Source: Eledone cirrhosa (lineage: Eukaryota). From it: a stretch of DNA of 64,000 nucleotides. The stretch lies in contig OZ024744.1 in assembly GCA_964016885.1 (NCBI GenBank), forward strand, positions 93,806,001 to 93,870,000, read 5' to 3'. A program made the translations under genes and the position numbers. This document shows positions 26,830 to 39,336 of the stretch, piece after piece. How positions within the stretch are numbered: the first letter of the stretch is position 1; every line of letters starts with the position of its first letter. Under the pieces are notes generated by a model. That model saw only the letters and a list, made by a program, of their open reading frames with translations. It made no database searches and was not told where the DNA came from.

Positions 26830-27700
26830 TATATATAATATAAAATGTCATAGCTTGCTTGAAGCATTGTAGACCAGGCATGACAAACATGCAGCCCGCG
26901 GGCCGTATGTGGCCCTTTACAAGCACACCTACGGGCTGCATAAAGGTTTTTACAGCGCGAGCATGTTTTATCTTGGTAATATAAAATAAAAAAATAGTTG
27001 TAATGTGCACAATTAGTTGTCGTGTGTGGGCCCCAGACAACACATATGTGACCCTTGGGGGACCCTTAGTTTGACATGACTGTTGTATAAAATATATAAC
27101 GTTGAAAGAGATAGAAAGCTAAACAATGCAAAATGGACTGTAAGATGAGGTAACGAAAAGTAAATGTTACCTGTTAATCTTTGTTTTGTTTTGTTTTGTT
27201 ATGTTGTTCTTCTTCTTTCGGGACCTAAAAGTCCCTTCATCAGGGTTTAAGGAGCCTTCAGTGGATAACGTTCCAATTTCCTCTCTTTGGAATAAAATTT
27301 TGATTTTGATTAAAAAATTTTCTAAGTCGTTTTCAAGTGATTTTTTATGGTTACTTCACTTTCCACGTTAATGACCGTCAATTGCCAATATATTTCACGA
27401 AATCAATTTTCTTTTTTGTATGAGATGTTTAGTTTGTGTGTCTTATGTCAAGTACTGTGTGCTGAGTTCTAATCTATTATTTATTTATAGGGTGAGTCGA
27501 CGTATGAGCAAGGCTTCGTTAATTCTTAAGTTGCCCACATTTCTATCACTGGCTTTAATGGTAACGGTAATATGTTGGTTGATTGATGTTTCTACAATAT
27601 ATATATATAGAAACTGTTTGAAAATCTGTCTAATGGACTGTACATGTAATTCAAAGGGTCAGCCTTGTAATCTTTAGTTTGTATGAGATGAAAGAATGGT
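26830..27700 (-). mobile_element. Penelope-like 3' remnant (GIY-YIG tail + pLTR with partial hammerhead)
   Basis: Minus strand encodes ASDRNVGNLRINEALLIRRL..INNRLE. CTGATGA-A-GGGAC..GTCCC-GAAA lies at 27216-27243. The terminal motif AATGCTTCAAGCAA is shared with ~37660 and ~59180. Confidence 0.6.
26875..27082. mobile_element. hAT-type MITE
   Basis: TIRs CAGGCATGACAAAC / GTTTGACATGACTG; imperfect 8-bp TSD TTGTAGAC/TTGTATAA; subterminal GCCCGCGGGCC. Confidence 0.75.
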
Positions 27701-27706
27701 ATTCAA

Positions 27707-30410
27707 CTAATGTAATGGTACGCAATGGGGCCCACCCACAGCCCCGGCAGACAGAATAGAGAAGGCGTTTCCTCGGAGGACGGCAAGGGAGATGCGCTGG
27801 AAAAGCCACTCCAACTCGCGGGGCTCACACCTACGGCTGGCCAGCTCAGCGCCTATGCTGGTAAGTAAGGATGTAGCCCTGGGGCCGAGGACACCAGAAG
27901 TTTGCACTGCCAGGGGAATGACCGCAAACCTGTCGGAGAGCGACCGGTATTTGAGGAGTTTGGCCCCCTCATCCCGACGTGCAGCAGAACCTGGGTCAGT
28001 CGCAGATTGCACCAGGTTGCGGCTGAAGAAAGTGTCGGTGCAAGTGGCATCCCAGACGAGGGGTTTGCCACCGCGGAACGGGAAGATGGTCATGCCATCT
28101 GGCCTTTTGCCGTCCCCTCGATCCAGCCCCACCCGCTCGAGCTGGGAAGGGAAGTCTGCAGCTCCAAGACATGTTTAATGACCTCGTTGAGGGCGTGGAA
28201 TGCGGCCTGCACTGTGGCGACAGGAAAGCGGGTGGAGGCCGAAAGAGTCCACGGTGGAACTGCAGCGACATTGGTGTGGCTGGCAGATCAGAAGGCCGAG
28301 CCTCAGAGAAACGCCGATTTGCAGGCTATGGTTGTCTAGCTGCGTACCAGTGGAGAAGGAGGGCAGAGCATGGAGCCAGGCACCACTGTGGGGTTTGGAG
28401 GCCGCACTAAAACAAGCAAGGCGGTGCTGGTCGAGCTGGGGCGTGAGCCTGTCTGAGGCCAGGCTGCACTGGATGGCATCCCAAGTGCGTTGGGGAGACT
28501 TGATGTCAACAAGGGGAGAAGGAGGAGGGGCGTCTACTGGGCTAAGTCCCAGCCGGTCCCACGTCTCACAGGCGGCCTCACGTTCTCTGACACAGAGGGT
28601 TCTGTTGTGTTTTGAAGAGCCCTGCTGACGAGGACGTGACACGAGGTTACCGACGAAAGATATGCCGGCAAAGCTAGTGAGATCGGGGACCGGAGGCCTA
28701 GGCCGCCATACCTGACCGGTAAAGTGGCCTGTTGCCACCCTATGTCGTCAAACTTGACGTTGCATATCCCCTCGGCTGCTGCTCGGATACAAGTATCGAG
28801 GTCAGCGAGGAGAGATGTCTGGGTGTAGCATGGAGCGCTGCGGAGTGTATAGAGGAGCTTCGGCATGCCGAAGCAGTTCCTAAACAGAAAGAGAGCTGGG
28901 TGGCCGTAAATCAAGACCAGTCGGCTCGTGAGAGTCTGAAGCTGTTGAAGCCAGCCCGGACCTGATGGTGGAGCGGATGACCGGCGGGTGGATCGGTGAC
29001 CCGACGATGAGGACATCCTCTTTGGGAGTCACCTGAACCTGGCGGAGAATGGACCGCACGTCCAAGACGAAGGCTGCAAAGCTCACAGCATCGAGGCTGA
29101 CGTTCACCACCTCCGACTTTGCCGAGTTGACCTGGAGGACGACTCCCGCCAGGGCAGGAATCACCGATTGAAGGTTGTGGCAGGCCTCGAGCAGATGGTC
29201 CCGGCGTAAAGAGTTAAAGGCATTCCTCGTGTCAAGCTTGACAATGAGGTGCCTGAAGTCCCTGGATGCCGGTACCGATGGGCAGCTGTTGAAGAACTGC
29301 CTGATTGCATGAGAGGCTCCCTCACAGCCACCGGACACGCCGACACCCAGTTGCACCAGACTAAACTCCTCACCCAGTTCATGTGTGACGGACTTGCAGA
29401 TCACCTTGGCAGCCAGCCTCCGGAAGACATTGCTCACAGCAATGGGGCATATACTACCCTCTTTCTTCCTGAGAGCGGTGATGCTGGCCGAAAAAAAGAG
29501 GTCCCGGGCGTAAGGGTCGAGGGCACCATGAATGAGCCTATTTGTGAGCGCCACAATTGCACTCAGAAGGCGGCGCCCGGCCTCAGCGGAGAGGGGGGAT
29601 GTCAACTCCTTGAGGTGGCCTGGTCGGTGACTATCAACACCTCCGCAGCTGCTAGCTGGGAAGGACCTGATGGCGGACATGATATCTGCATCAGTAACCA
29701 CAAGGAGCAGGTGGGGGTATGGGTCTGAGATCAGTGGGTGGCTCAGGGTGTTTGAGCCGCAGAGCAGCCAGGATCTCCTGGGTGGGTTGGAGGACAATGT
29801 ACTCTGAGGCAACAACTCTGACTGCGGCCAAGACATCACCCATGATAAGCTTTTCGTTTACCTGGTCACGCAAACACTTGGCGCTGGCCTCAGGGGTGGA
29901 GGATAGGGCGTACCTGAGGGTGGGGTGTGTGGCGTCCCTGGGCACGCTTGGAATGGGCGCTCGCCCAAATGACGAGACATTGGCCTTGACGAACGCTGCT
30001 GTTGACTGGCCGCCCCGGTCAGCGCCAGAGCTGGGGAGGCTGAGGGCGAGTGCGGCGAAATAGAACAGCCGCTCCCAGTCTCTGGCTCGATTGGAGTCCA
30101 GGGCGTTCTCAATCGAGGAAGCGAGGGCATCGGCCACCGGCACCCGTGCCACTCTCTGGATTCTGAGTGGGATCTTCCAGAGCCACCTGAGCCGAGCGAT
30201 GATGACCAGTGAGGCTTGGACGTCAGACAACCTCGCTGTCCCATCTGGTGGTGTGCCAGACGGTCGTGGGGACGAGGCAGCTCCTGCACCTCCACGCTGC
30301 GAGGGCCTTGGAAGCTCGACGAGTCAAGCCAACGCAGGTGAGGTGGTGGAAGCAGCCGCACCCCAAACAGTTCCGGCCCCTCTTCCGTTTGTTGTGCTCC
30401 AACATAACGT
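27707..30410 (-). mobile_element. CRE-clade (RLE) non-LTR retrotransposon, decayed
   Basis: PIAV, QLGVGVSGGCEGASHAIR, KLDTRNAFN, QATLPVRYGGLGL, CRC..H.LSC, DGKRPDG..WDATCTDT. PHD-like Cys/His stretch at the N-terminus. Confidence 0.88.
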
Positions 30411-30424
30411 TATACACATATATG

Positions 30425-31632
30425 TCATCATCATCATCATCATCGCCGTTTTACGTCCGTTCTTCCACGCTAGCATGGGTTAGACGAGTTGTCCTGTTGT
30501 GGGCAGTGTCTGGTCGGCTGACCATTCCTTGCTCATACAGGAACTGATTCTGGCTTGATTTCTACAGCTGGATGCCCTTCCTAACACCAACCTCATTTAC
30601 AGTGAGTGCTGGGTGCTTTTTCCGTGGCGCCTACACGTCCACTTTACAGTGTGGGCTGGGTGCTTTTTTGCTGTGGCACTTCCACGACCACCTTGCAGTG
30701 GGAGGGTGTGGGGGCATATTGTCTATATGCTTCAGCTTGTACCCATGGGAGGTCGGGTACTCCGTATTACTGCGTGACGCCAGAGGTCACGGTCGTGTGT
30801 CATCGCCTTTGAGAGGGGTAATTGGGTAAGTTTGGCTTTTATCACCTCATACCAGGTCTTCTTCTGCAGGTTTCCATTGACTTCTAGTGCTCTGCACCTT
30901 TTTATGCAGCTGTCATCCTTCATACGTATCACATGTCCATACCAGCGCAACCGCCTCTCCTGCACACAGCATTTGATTCCTCTTATGCTCAGTCTCTCTC
31001 TCAATTCATTTATGCTTTGCCGTTCACGTATATTACTATTACACATCCATCAGAGCATACAGGCTTCGTTTCTTTCTAATCTACGTAAGTCTTCCACCTT
31101 CAGCGCCCAGGTCTCACTACCATGCAATATTGCTGTTCGTATACACGCATCATACAATCTGCCTTTCATTTTGAGGGAGAAGCCTTTTGCAGCTAGCAGT
31201 GGCAGTAGTTCCCTGAACTTCTTCCATCCCGTTCTTACCCTAGTTATTGTACTTTCTGAACACCCACCTCCACTGCTAATTCGGTCACCTAGGTAGCAGA
31301 AGCTGTCTGCTGTTTCTACAGAGCTCTCCCAGAGATTGGTGGTACTTGTTTCCTGTGGCTGTTTGCTGCTTGCTGTCCCAGCACAGCTGCTGCATGTGAA
31401 GCCTACATTCTTAATTAAGCTTCCTGAGATCCCGCTACATCTCTTGTGTACCCATTGTTTGCATTTGGGGCAGAGAATGGAGTTCCTACCTACACCTTTC
31501 CTACATACTGAGCAAGGCCATTTCCCTGAGGGGATCTGGGTTCTGTTTTCTGTCTTCTGCCTTTCATTTTGAGGGAGAAGCCTTTTGCAGCTAGCAGTGG
31601 CAGTAGTTCCCTGAACTTCTTCCATCCCGTTT
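30425..31632 (-). mobile_element. RTE LINE 3' fragment
   Basis: Very similar to 48130-49260; (CAT)n tail; ~75-bp internal duplication at the 5' junction (31556-31630). Confidence 0.92.
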
Positions 31633-31788
31633 GTGTTGCATCCCTTGTATGTGTTGCATATCAAATGATATACAGCAATTTAGTCTCCTACCTGTTAATA
31701 TTTATCGTAGATGTGGTTATAAATTATCGCCCCATATACACTTGGGTCGTTTCATTAATGGTGTTACATTTTCTTAACTTTATATATG

Positions 31789-32123
31789 GAGGCACATGGC
31801 TTAGTGGTTAGAGCATTGGCCTTGCAATCGAAAGGTTGTGAGTTCAATACTCAGACCGGGTGATATGTTGTTTCCTTGAGCAAGACACTTTATTTCACAT
31901 TGCTCCAGTTTACTCAGCTGTAGAAATGAGATGATAGGGACTGGGGTCCATATCATTCCACTGCAAAGTGGTCGTGGAGGTGCCATGGCAAAAACACCCA
32001 GCACTCACTGTAAATGAGGTTGGTGTTAGGAAGGGCATCCAGCTGTAGAAATCAAGCCAGAATCAGTTCCCGTCCCACCCTTGCAAGCAGGGAAAAGCGG
32101 ACGTAAAATGATGATGATGATGA
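31789..32123 (+). mobile_element. tRNA-derived SINE with an RTE-type 3' tail
   Basis: Box A TGGCTTAGTGG, box B GAGTTCAATACT, core TCCTTGAGCAAGACACTT. The tail matches the RTE 3' UTR and ends in (GAT)n. Confidence 0.8.
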
Positions 32124-32479
32124 TATATATATATATAGTAATAATAATAAATTTGAAGACTAAAATCCAAAGAGGGCTCGATAAGGATAAACATATATCA
32201 AATATATAAGAACCGTAGAGCAAATATTTATTAAAATAACAGAGTGAAGTTATATATATATTATTTTTCTTGAAAGTGCTCAAGAAGCTAATGTCAATGG
32301 TAAAATGGAGAGGTGGAGTGGTTAGCTTATATATGCCATCTAAACAATGTGCTGGTTAGCTGCCTTGGTTTACAAATAGGGTTTGGATTTTCACCTATTT
32401 CTCAGTTTAAAATAGGGGACTTGCGTCACGATGACTGCATCATGGAGGTCCTTCTCTTAAGCTGGATACCAACCAAGGC

Positions 32480-35400
32480 CGATGAGCCGAGCCTATCATT
32501 CCTGTTACACTGCTAAATACATGGTCACAGGCTGACCTAACTATCTCTGCTGGAAGTGAGAAGCACCAACAAGAAAGTGTTATGAACAAAGTAATGTGGA
32601 AGAGTCCATTTCTAGTGACCTTCTGCAAGCAAGCAAGACAATGGTCAGGTAACATGTGCTACATTAGGTAAGGAGAAGTTATGTGTTGAACCTACAATAC
32701 AGTCATCTGGTCATCTGGTCATCTAGTTCCTCCAGCCTCACTGCCATGAGCCACTATGCTCGTCTATCTTCCATCCGTCTCTGGCAAGGGTTAGTGCTTG
32801 AAACCAGTTTATTCCACACCTGCACTGGTCATCGTTCATGGTAGATCTCCATTGGTCTTTTCTCTAGATACCCATTGGTCTTTTCTCCACCAGCTGGTAA
32901 CCATGACATTACAGATCTTGCTGGTATATTGTTCCCTATTTTGTAGGACAAGCCCTGCCAGCTGCATTCTTCTACTCTTGATGACAAGACTCAGTAGGTG
33001 TTTAGTATTTGTAGTTATTCATCTCCTAGATATATATTCTGACTAGAACTAAAGGTCCAATAGCCTTAATATGTGTTTGTTCCTCTGACCAAATACTTCT
33101 ATGTCCCCACACCATGATACTAGATGTCCATTAACCCATTGCTGGGTATATACATTTTTGACAAGTGTCTGACAGTATAATTCTTTTCAAGTTGTTGTTT
33201 GATGAAAAACTGTTAACTGTGTCCTCTGTTTATGCCCCACAGGTTGGTCTTGACCAAGCCACAAAAGATGCTTTCTATGATGATCCCCTCAGGGTACTAT
33301 CTTGAGCTAAAGATCAGGAATTCTTGTTGCTCTGTGGGGACTGGAATGGCCACATTGAACAAGATGACAATGGTTATGAGGGTGTGCATGGTGAGCATAA
33401 TGCTGAAGATGAATGTTTGCTTGAGTTTGCAATTTCTCTGAATCTTGCTATTTCATTCTTCTGTAAATAAGAGAGTCATCTCATAACCTATGAATCAAGT
33501 GGAGACTTTAGTCAAATTGATTATATCCTAGTACGGAAGAGAGACTTATGGGTGGTCAAAGATGCTAAAGTAATTCCAGGGGAGGAGTGTTTGCTGCAGT
33601 ACAATCATTTAATCGGTGACCTTAGCCTGAAGTTTGAAAAACCATTTCTTAAACCTTTCATACCAAGAAAAAAATATGGAAGTTGAAAGACCCACTTGTT
33701 CATGTTAAGTTTGGTGAGCTTCTGTCTGCCCAGCTTGATAATTGCTTTAACATCCCAACTGAAACTGAAGAAATTTGGAAAGAACTCCATACCAGTCTTT
33801 TAAAATCTGTTGATAAAGTTTGTGACTTGACCAAGAAAAAGAACATATGAAAGTAAACCTGAAGGTGGAATGGCTGTTTCAATGATGCTGTTGCCAAAAA
33901 GAGATGATTATGGAAAGTTTGGAAGGGAGGTGGCAGCAAAGAAGAGTACTTGGCTGCACAGGGTTTTTAAGTGTGCTGTATATAATGCAAAGAAAGAGGC
34001 TGAAAAGGCAAAATTCTCCCACATTAACAAGAACAGTGTTGAAGTTTACAGGGTTGTTAAACAACTGAGAGAGGAAAATATGGATTCATCAGATAAAAAT
34101 GTATCAAGGACAATGAGGGAAATTTGTATTTGCATAACATGACCAGTAAAAATGCATGGAAAGCTCACTGCAATCACCTATTAAATGAAGAATTTCCATG
34201 GAATCAGGGAAGTCTGTTTGATGCTGATGCAGTTGCTGGTCCAGCCATTGTGTGTAGCAGAAGATGCAGTCCTGGAAGCTGTCAAGAAAATGAAACTAGG
34301 CAAGGTTCCTCCTGGACCTTCCTCTAAGGTTACTGAAACGTTGCTTACAGGAGACAAATTGCTGCTCTCATGAATTCCATCATCAAGCATGAACAGATTC
34401 CTCATGATTGGAAAGAAAGTTTTATCATCAACTTGTACAAGGGCAAAGATGATGTTCTTGAAAGAGGTATCTCTAGGGGTCTGAAGTTGTTGGATCATGT
34501 AATGAAGGTAGTCGAATGGATTACAAAAAAAAAAAATAATCAAGTGTCAGATTTCCTCAATGATGTGCAGAAAGGATTTATGCTGAGTCGTGGTATAACA
34601 GAAGATATCTTCATCTTGTCCAGCTCCAGGAAGAATGCATCAGCAAAGCCAGGAATCTTTACTTTGCTTTTGTAGACCTTGAAAAAGTGTTTCACATAAA
34701 GTAGTATGGTGGGCAATGAGGAAGATTGGAATCAATGAGAGGCTTGTCCATCTTATGCAATGTGTATATGTAAATGCAAGAAGTAAGGTTCACATGGGTT
34801 ACCAATACAGTAACTTCTTCAGTGTTGAAGTTGGTGAACACCAAGGGTCTGTGTTGAGCCCATTGCTCTTCATTATTGTGTTAGAGGCTCTGTCTCATGA
34901 GTTCCAAACAGGGTGCCTTTGGGAACTATTGTATGCAGGTGACCTTGTTGTCATTGCCAAAAACCTGAATGCACTACTGGCAAAGCTGTTAGCCTGGAAG
35001 TCAAAACTGGAGGAAAAGGGTCTGTGGGTCAGCATGAAAAAGACAAAAATTATGGTTTTTGGCCTCCACCTGGGCAAGTTGAACAAGACTGGAAAGTGGC
35101 CTTGGACTGTTTGTTGTTCTTGTGTCAGAAACAACTCTATCTTCTGTGAGGGATGTGGGCACTGGATGCATGTGAGGTGTAGCAGAATTAAGGACAGACT
35201 TACATCATCCCAAAATTTCAGCTGCATCAGACACCTTTGTATTGTTAGGCCTTTGGCTGCTCACCCATATAAATGTGTTGGTGTTAGCACTGCCACTGTT
35301 GATGTTATTGACAGCTTTTGCTACCTTGGTGTCATGATATGAGCCAGTGGAGGCTGTTCTTCTGCTTCTATTGCCAAATGAAGATCTATATGGAAATCAT

Positions 35401-35951
35401 TTTGAGAGCTCATAACAGTCCTTACTGGAAGGTGCCTATACCTTGAAACAAGAGGCAGGGTGTTTAATGTCTTTGTTTGATGTGTACTCTCGTATGGTTA
35501 TGAATGTTGGGATTCCAGGATTGAGGACAAATTACGACTGGGGGAAAGATGAAAGCGTTATGGTTCACTGGATATGTGATGTTAAAATCTCAGACAGAGC
35601 CAACATGGTATCTCTCTACCAAAAATTAAAGATACCAACCAGCACTCGACTTTGTTTTAAGATCACACAGACTGCATCGGTTTGAACATGTAAACCATAG
35701 AGGTGGCTGGATACATAGATGTACCAAGATTGTAGCACCCTGGTGTACAAAGAAAGGGTGGGGGCCATCCATATCAGACTTAGGAAGAGATAATCAGGGA
35801 TGTTCTGAAAGCCTGGAAGATGGAAGGACCCAAAACCTATTGTTGGAACAAACACTCTGGAGAGATGCTTTAGGAGAGCCTACCAAAACCTTCAATCCTT
35901 GTAACAAGTAAAGAAAATATGTTAAACTTGATGATGAGGATGATGATGATG
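32480..35951 (+). mobile_element. Old, degenerate full-length RTE LINE
   Basis: APE remnants at ~33000-33620; RT remnants NLYKGKDD, HQGSVLSPLLF, ELLYAGD; Cys finger; (GAT)n tail. 5' boundary uncertain. Confidence 0.85.
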
Positions 35952-36332
35952 CTTTTGTCCTACATGGTTTCTAGCAACTAGACTTGACTAGTTGGGGTAC
36001 TGGTTATGTTGACAACGATCCAATCATGCAACAGGTTGTACCAGACTTCTTGATAGTTCTAATGAGTGACTTGACAGTTCGCTCATTATATATATATGTA
36101 TATATTATATGTATGTATGTATATATATATGTATGCATGCATGCATGTGTGTGTGTGTATGTGTGTATGTATTATCATCATCATCATCATCATCTTCGTT
36201 TAACGTCCATTTTCCACGCTAGCATGGGTTAGACGGTCCATTGTATATGTGTATATATATATATGTATGTGTTTGTATGTATATATTAGTATATATTATG
36301 CATGTATAACTGCATGTGTGTATATATATATT

Positions 36333-36396
<64 letters not shown>

Positions 36397-36562
36397 TGTA
36401 TATGTATATAATACACACACAAAAGAACATAACCAAAGACATAAATTACAGAGAAACAACAAATTGCCCACAGAATAAAGGGGAGAGAGAGAAGATAATA
36501 AGCCAGCTATTTTCATGTATACTCAGCTGTTACACATTCATCCTTTAGGATTATATATGTGC

Positions 36563-36634
<72 letters not shown>

Positions 36635-36637
<3 letters not shown>

Positions 36638-37594
36638 TTTGTTGGTTCACCACTGGATAGAATTTGTCATTCCGTATAGTCAACCATGATGTAATATTAT
36701 GGAGAGTACTCAACGTAATGCAGCTCAACCGTCTTCATTTGTGTAGTTGGTGGTGCGAATACAGAGTTAATTATTATAAATAAAATAACAGGAGGCTGGA
36801 CTGGTGTATTATACTATGATCATTTCAATGACCGGGTTCCGTATGAATCCAGTGATATCATCAGGTATTCGAAATATAACAAAGGAACATAACAGATAAA
36901 ATACATGGGTCCGAAAATCAAAGACAAAGAGGACTACTGACCAACTAGCTGCTTTCACCTCTGTCAGTCGCCCCAAGTCTACTAATGACCATCTGGTGAG
37001 GGGGCGAAGGCTTATAATGTACTACCACCTCTCCGTCAAAGAGAAAAAAAAGAAGAAAGAAAGAAGAAAAGTCAGCGTAAGAGTCACACTACAGTCAGGC
37101 TAGAAATTGCCGCGAAAAATGTTAGTCCAAAGAACCTATATCTTAACAGAGGCATATATAGTAGGCGTCTGTATGGTATAATGTGTGAACAGAAAATTGG
37201 AACGTTAAACTTATATTATAGGATGGAATTAAATTAAAAATTAAAAATTTAAAAATTTAAAAAATTATTAAAAATTAAAGGTTTGGGTTGCGAGATTTAT
37301 TTAATGAAATTACAGAGAGAGTCTTATATGAAAAAGTTTAAGTGCATTATAGGGAATCTCAATAAGTTATCAGGGTGGGATATAGAGTAAAGATTAAAGC
37401 CTTCAATTGTAAATCCCAGCCAGCACCTCCTAACCAACGTGTCAGCCAGTTTCGAGTGGTATCGTCTAGCGAAAGAAATATTTCGAATACCTGATGATAT
37501 CACTGGATTCATACAGAACCTGGTCATTGAAATGATCATAGTATAATAAACCTTTCAAGGATTTACACCAGTCCAGCCTCCTGTTATTTTATTT
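36635..37594 (-). mobile_element. Penelope-like fold-back insertion with inverted pLTRs
   Basis: Arms ~36776-36877 and ~37479-37594 are reverse complements, each with a hammerhead motif. Flanked by (TA)n. Confidence 0.7.
37487..37544 (+). ncRNA. Type I minimal hammerhead ribozyme (mirror copy on the minus strand at 36811-36868)
   Basis: ATAC-CTGATGA-stem II-GAAA-TGATCA-TA/GTAT, with a palindromic stem III and an AUA site. Confidence 0.7.
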
Positions 37595-37613
37595 ATATAT
37601 ATATAAAAAATAT

Positions 37614-37647
<34 letters not shown>

Positions 37648-38040
37648 GAGAGTATTGAAGTTTGCTTGAAGCATTGTGGAATAATAAGGTAAATTTCTTT
37701 AAGTCGTTTGGAAGCCTCGACAATGAAAATGGGTAAATCTCCGGGTAACAAGATCCGGTGGTGGAGAGAGAGATGTAAGTGGGTGTACGTTGAGATGTGT
37801 GGCGTGTATAAGACGTGTAGAGGAATGAAGGAAAGAGCATAAAGGATAAAATTAAAATAACACGAGAGAGAGTTACTTTGGGAGAGATTTAATTGTCCCT
37901 ATATATTTCGGATTCACATCCATCAACTGGGGTTTTTTTCCAGGATGGGGGAAAGGTTGTCTGTCGGAAAGGTGTGAAACGCGTCCTCCGCTTTTCGTTG
38001 TTTTGAATATCTGAGGTATTCAGCGGAGCGCGCATGCGCG
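37648..38040 (-). mobile_element. Penelope-like pLTR remnant with a degenerate hammerhead
   Basis: Minus strand CCC-CAGTTGA-T-GGAT-GTGA-ATCC-GAAA-TATATA-GGG at ~37892-37933; shared AATGCTTCAAGCAA end. Confidence 0.45.
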
Positions 38041-38051
38041 TGAAATATATA

Positions 38052-39306
38052 CAGGGGTTGGACAAAATAATGGAAACACCTTAAAATTTCAAACAAATAT
38101 ATTTTAATATGGAGTAGGACCGCCTTTTGGCAGTAATTACAGCTTGAATTCTACGAGGTATGGACTCGTACAAAGTTTGAATTGTGTCCAAAGGAATGTT
38201 TGTCCATTCTTCAGCTAAAACAGTCTCCAGTTCTTGTAGTGATGATGGTGGAGGATATCAACTCCTTACTTGTTTTTCTAAAATACACCGTAAATGTTCA
38301 ATAATATTTGAGATCTGGGGACTGTGATGGCCAGATAAGATGTTCAACTTCACTAGAATGTTCCTTGTGCCATTCAGTAACAACTTTAGCTGTGTGAATT
38401 GGTGCATTATCATCCTGAAAGATTGCGTTTCCCCCCGGAAACAGTTCCGCAACCATAGGATGAATTTGATCAGATAAAATGCTTAAATAATCTTGACTAT
38501 TAATTCTGCCATGAAGGAAAACCATTGGGCCGGCGGAGTTCCAAGATATAACGCCCCAGATCATCACAGATCCTCCTCCATGTTTAACAGTTGGAAGAAG
38601 GCAGTCTGGGTCAAATACTTCTTTTGGCGTATACTCGTATACACGTATACTCGGCCGGTGGTCGGAAATAAGGTAAAGGATGACTCGTCTGAGAAAATAA
38701 CATTCTTCCACTGCTCTAGGGACCAATTCTGTAGGTTTTTACTCCACTCTAAATGCTTTGCAATGTTTGCTTTTGAAAGTAGTGGTTTTCTGATTGCAGC
38801 CCTCCCGTGAAATCCGGCTTTGTGCAGCTCCCGGCGAACAGTTTTTGTGGAAACTGGGTTCCCGAGGTGGTCATTACGCTCTGCAGTTATTTTGTGATCC
38901 TTTCTAACAATTCGCGTAAGAGTTCAACGGTCCCTATCTGAAAGTTTTAGTTTTCTTCCGGAGTTTTGTTTCGACGGGGAGGTTTTTCCCTCTTTCTCAA
39001 AGGCTGTCATTACTCTCGAGACAGTACTCCTTGATACACCAAACATTTCAGCTAATTTTGTTACGCTAGCGCCTGCCATACGAGCACCAATAATTTGACC
39101 TCTTTGAAAGTCCGATAGATCTGTCATTTTAATGAATTTTATTACTTTTTTCTGATGATATCTGAAAAGAAAGAGCAATTTTAACAAAACATATTAAGCA
39201 ACACTAATAATAAATCAAAAAACATAAAAATAAACAAGCTTTTGACAGTTTTATAGATATTTCAAAATTATGATGCTTATGATGCTAGGTGTTTCCATTA
39301 TTTTGT
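38052..39306 (-). mobile_element. Tc1 DNA transposon
   Basis: Left end TA|CAGGGGTTGGACAAAATAATGGAAACACCT. The other TIR, AGGTGTTTCCATTATTTTGT, is truncated by (TA)n. Confidence 0.92.
38104..39127 (-). pseudogene. Tc1 transposase, frameshifted
   Basis: MTDLSDFQRGQI HTH, FSDES, TVKHGGGSVMIWG, FQDDNAPIH, SPDL..IE; ends GGPTPY*. Confidence 0.9.
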
Positions 39307-39336
39307 ATATATATATATATATATACTATATATATA

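Noticed and set aside
27216-27246. Functional hammerhead
   Set aside because: The core and stem II are present but no stem III or cleavage strand could be paired; kept only as pLTR evidence.
31789-31860. tRNA gene
   Set aside because: The cloverleaf is degenerate and runs into SINE core sequence.
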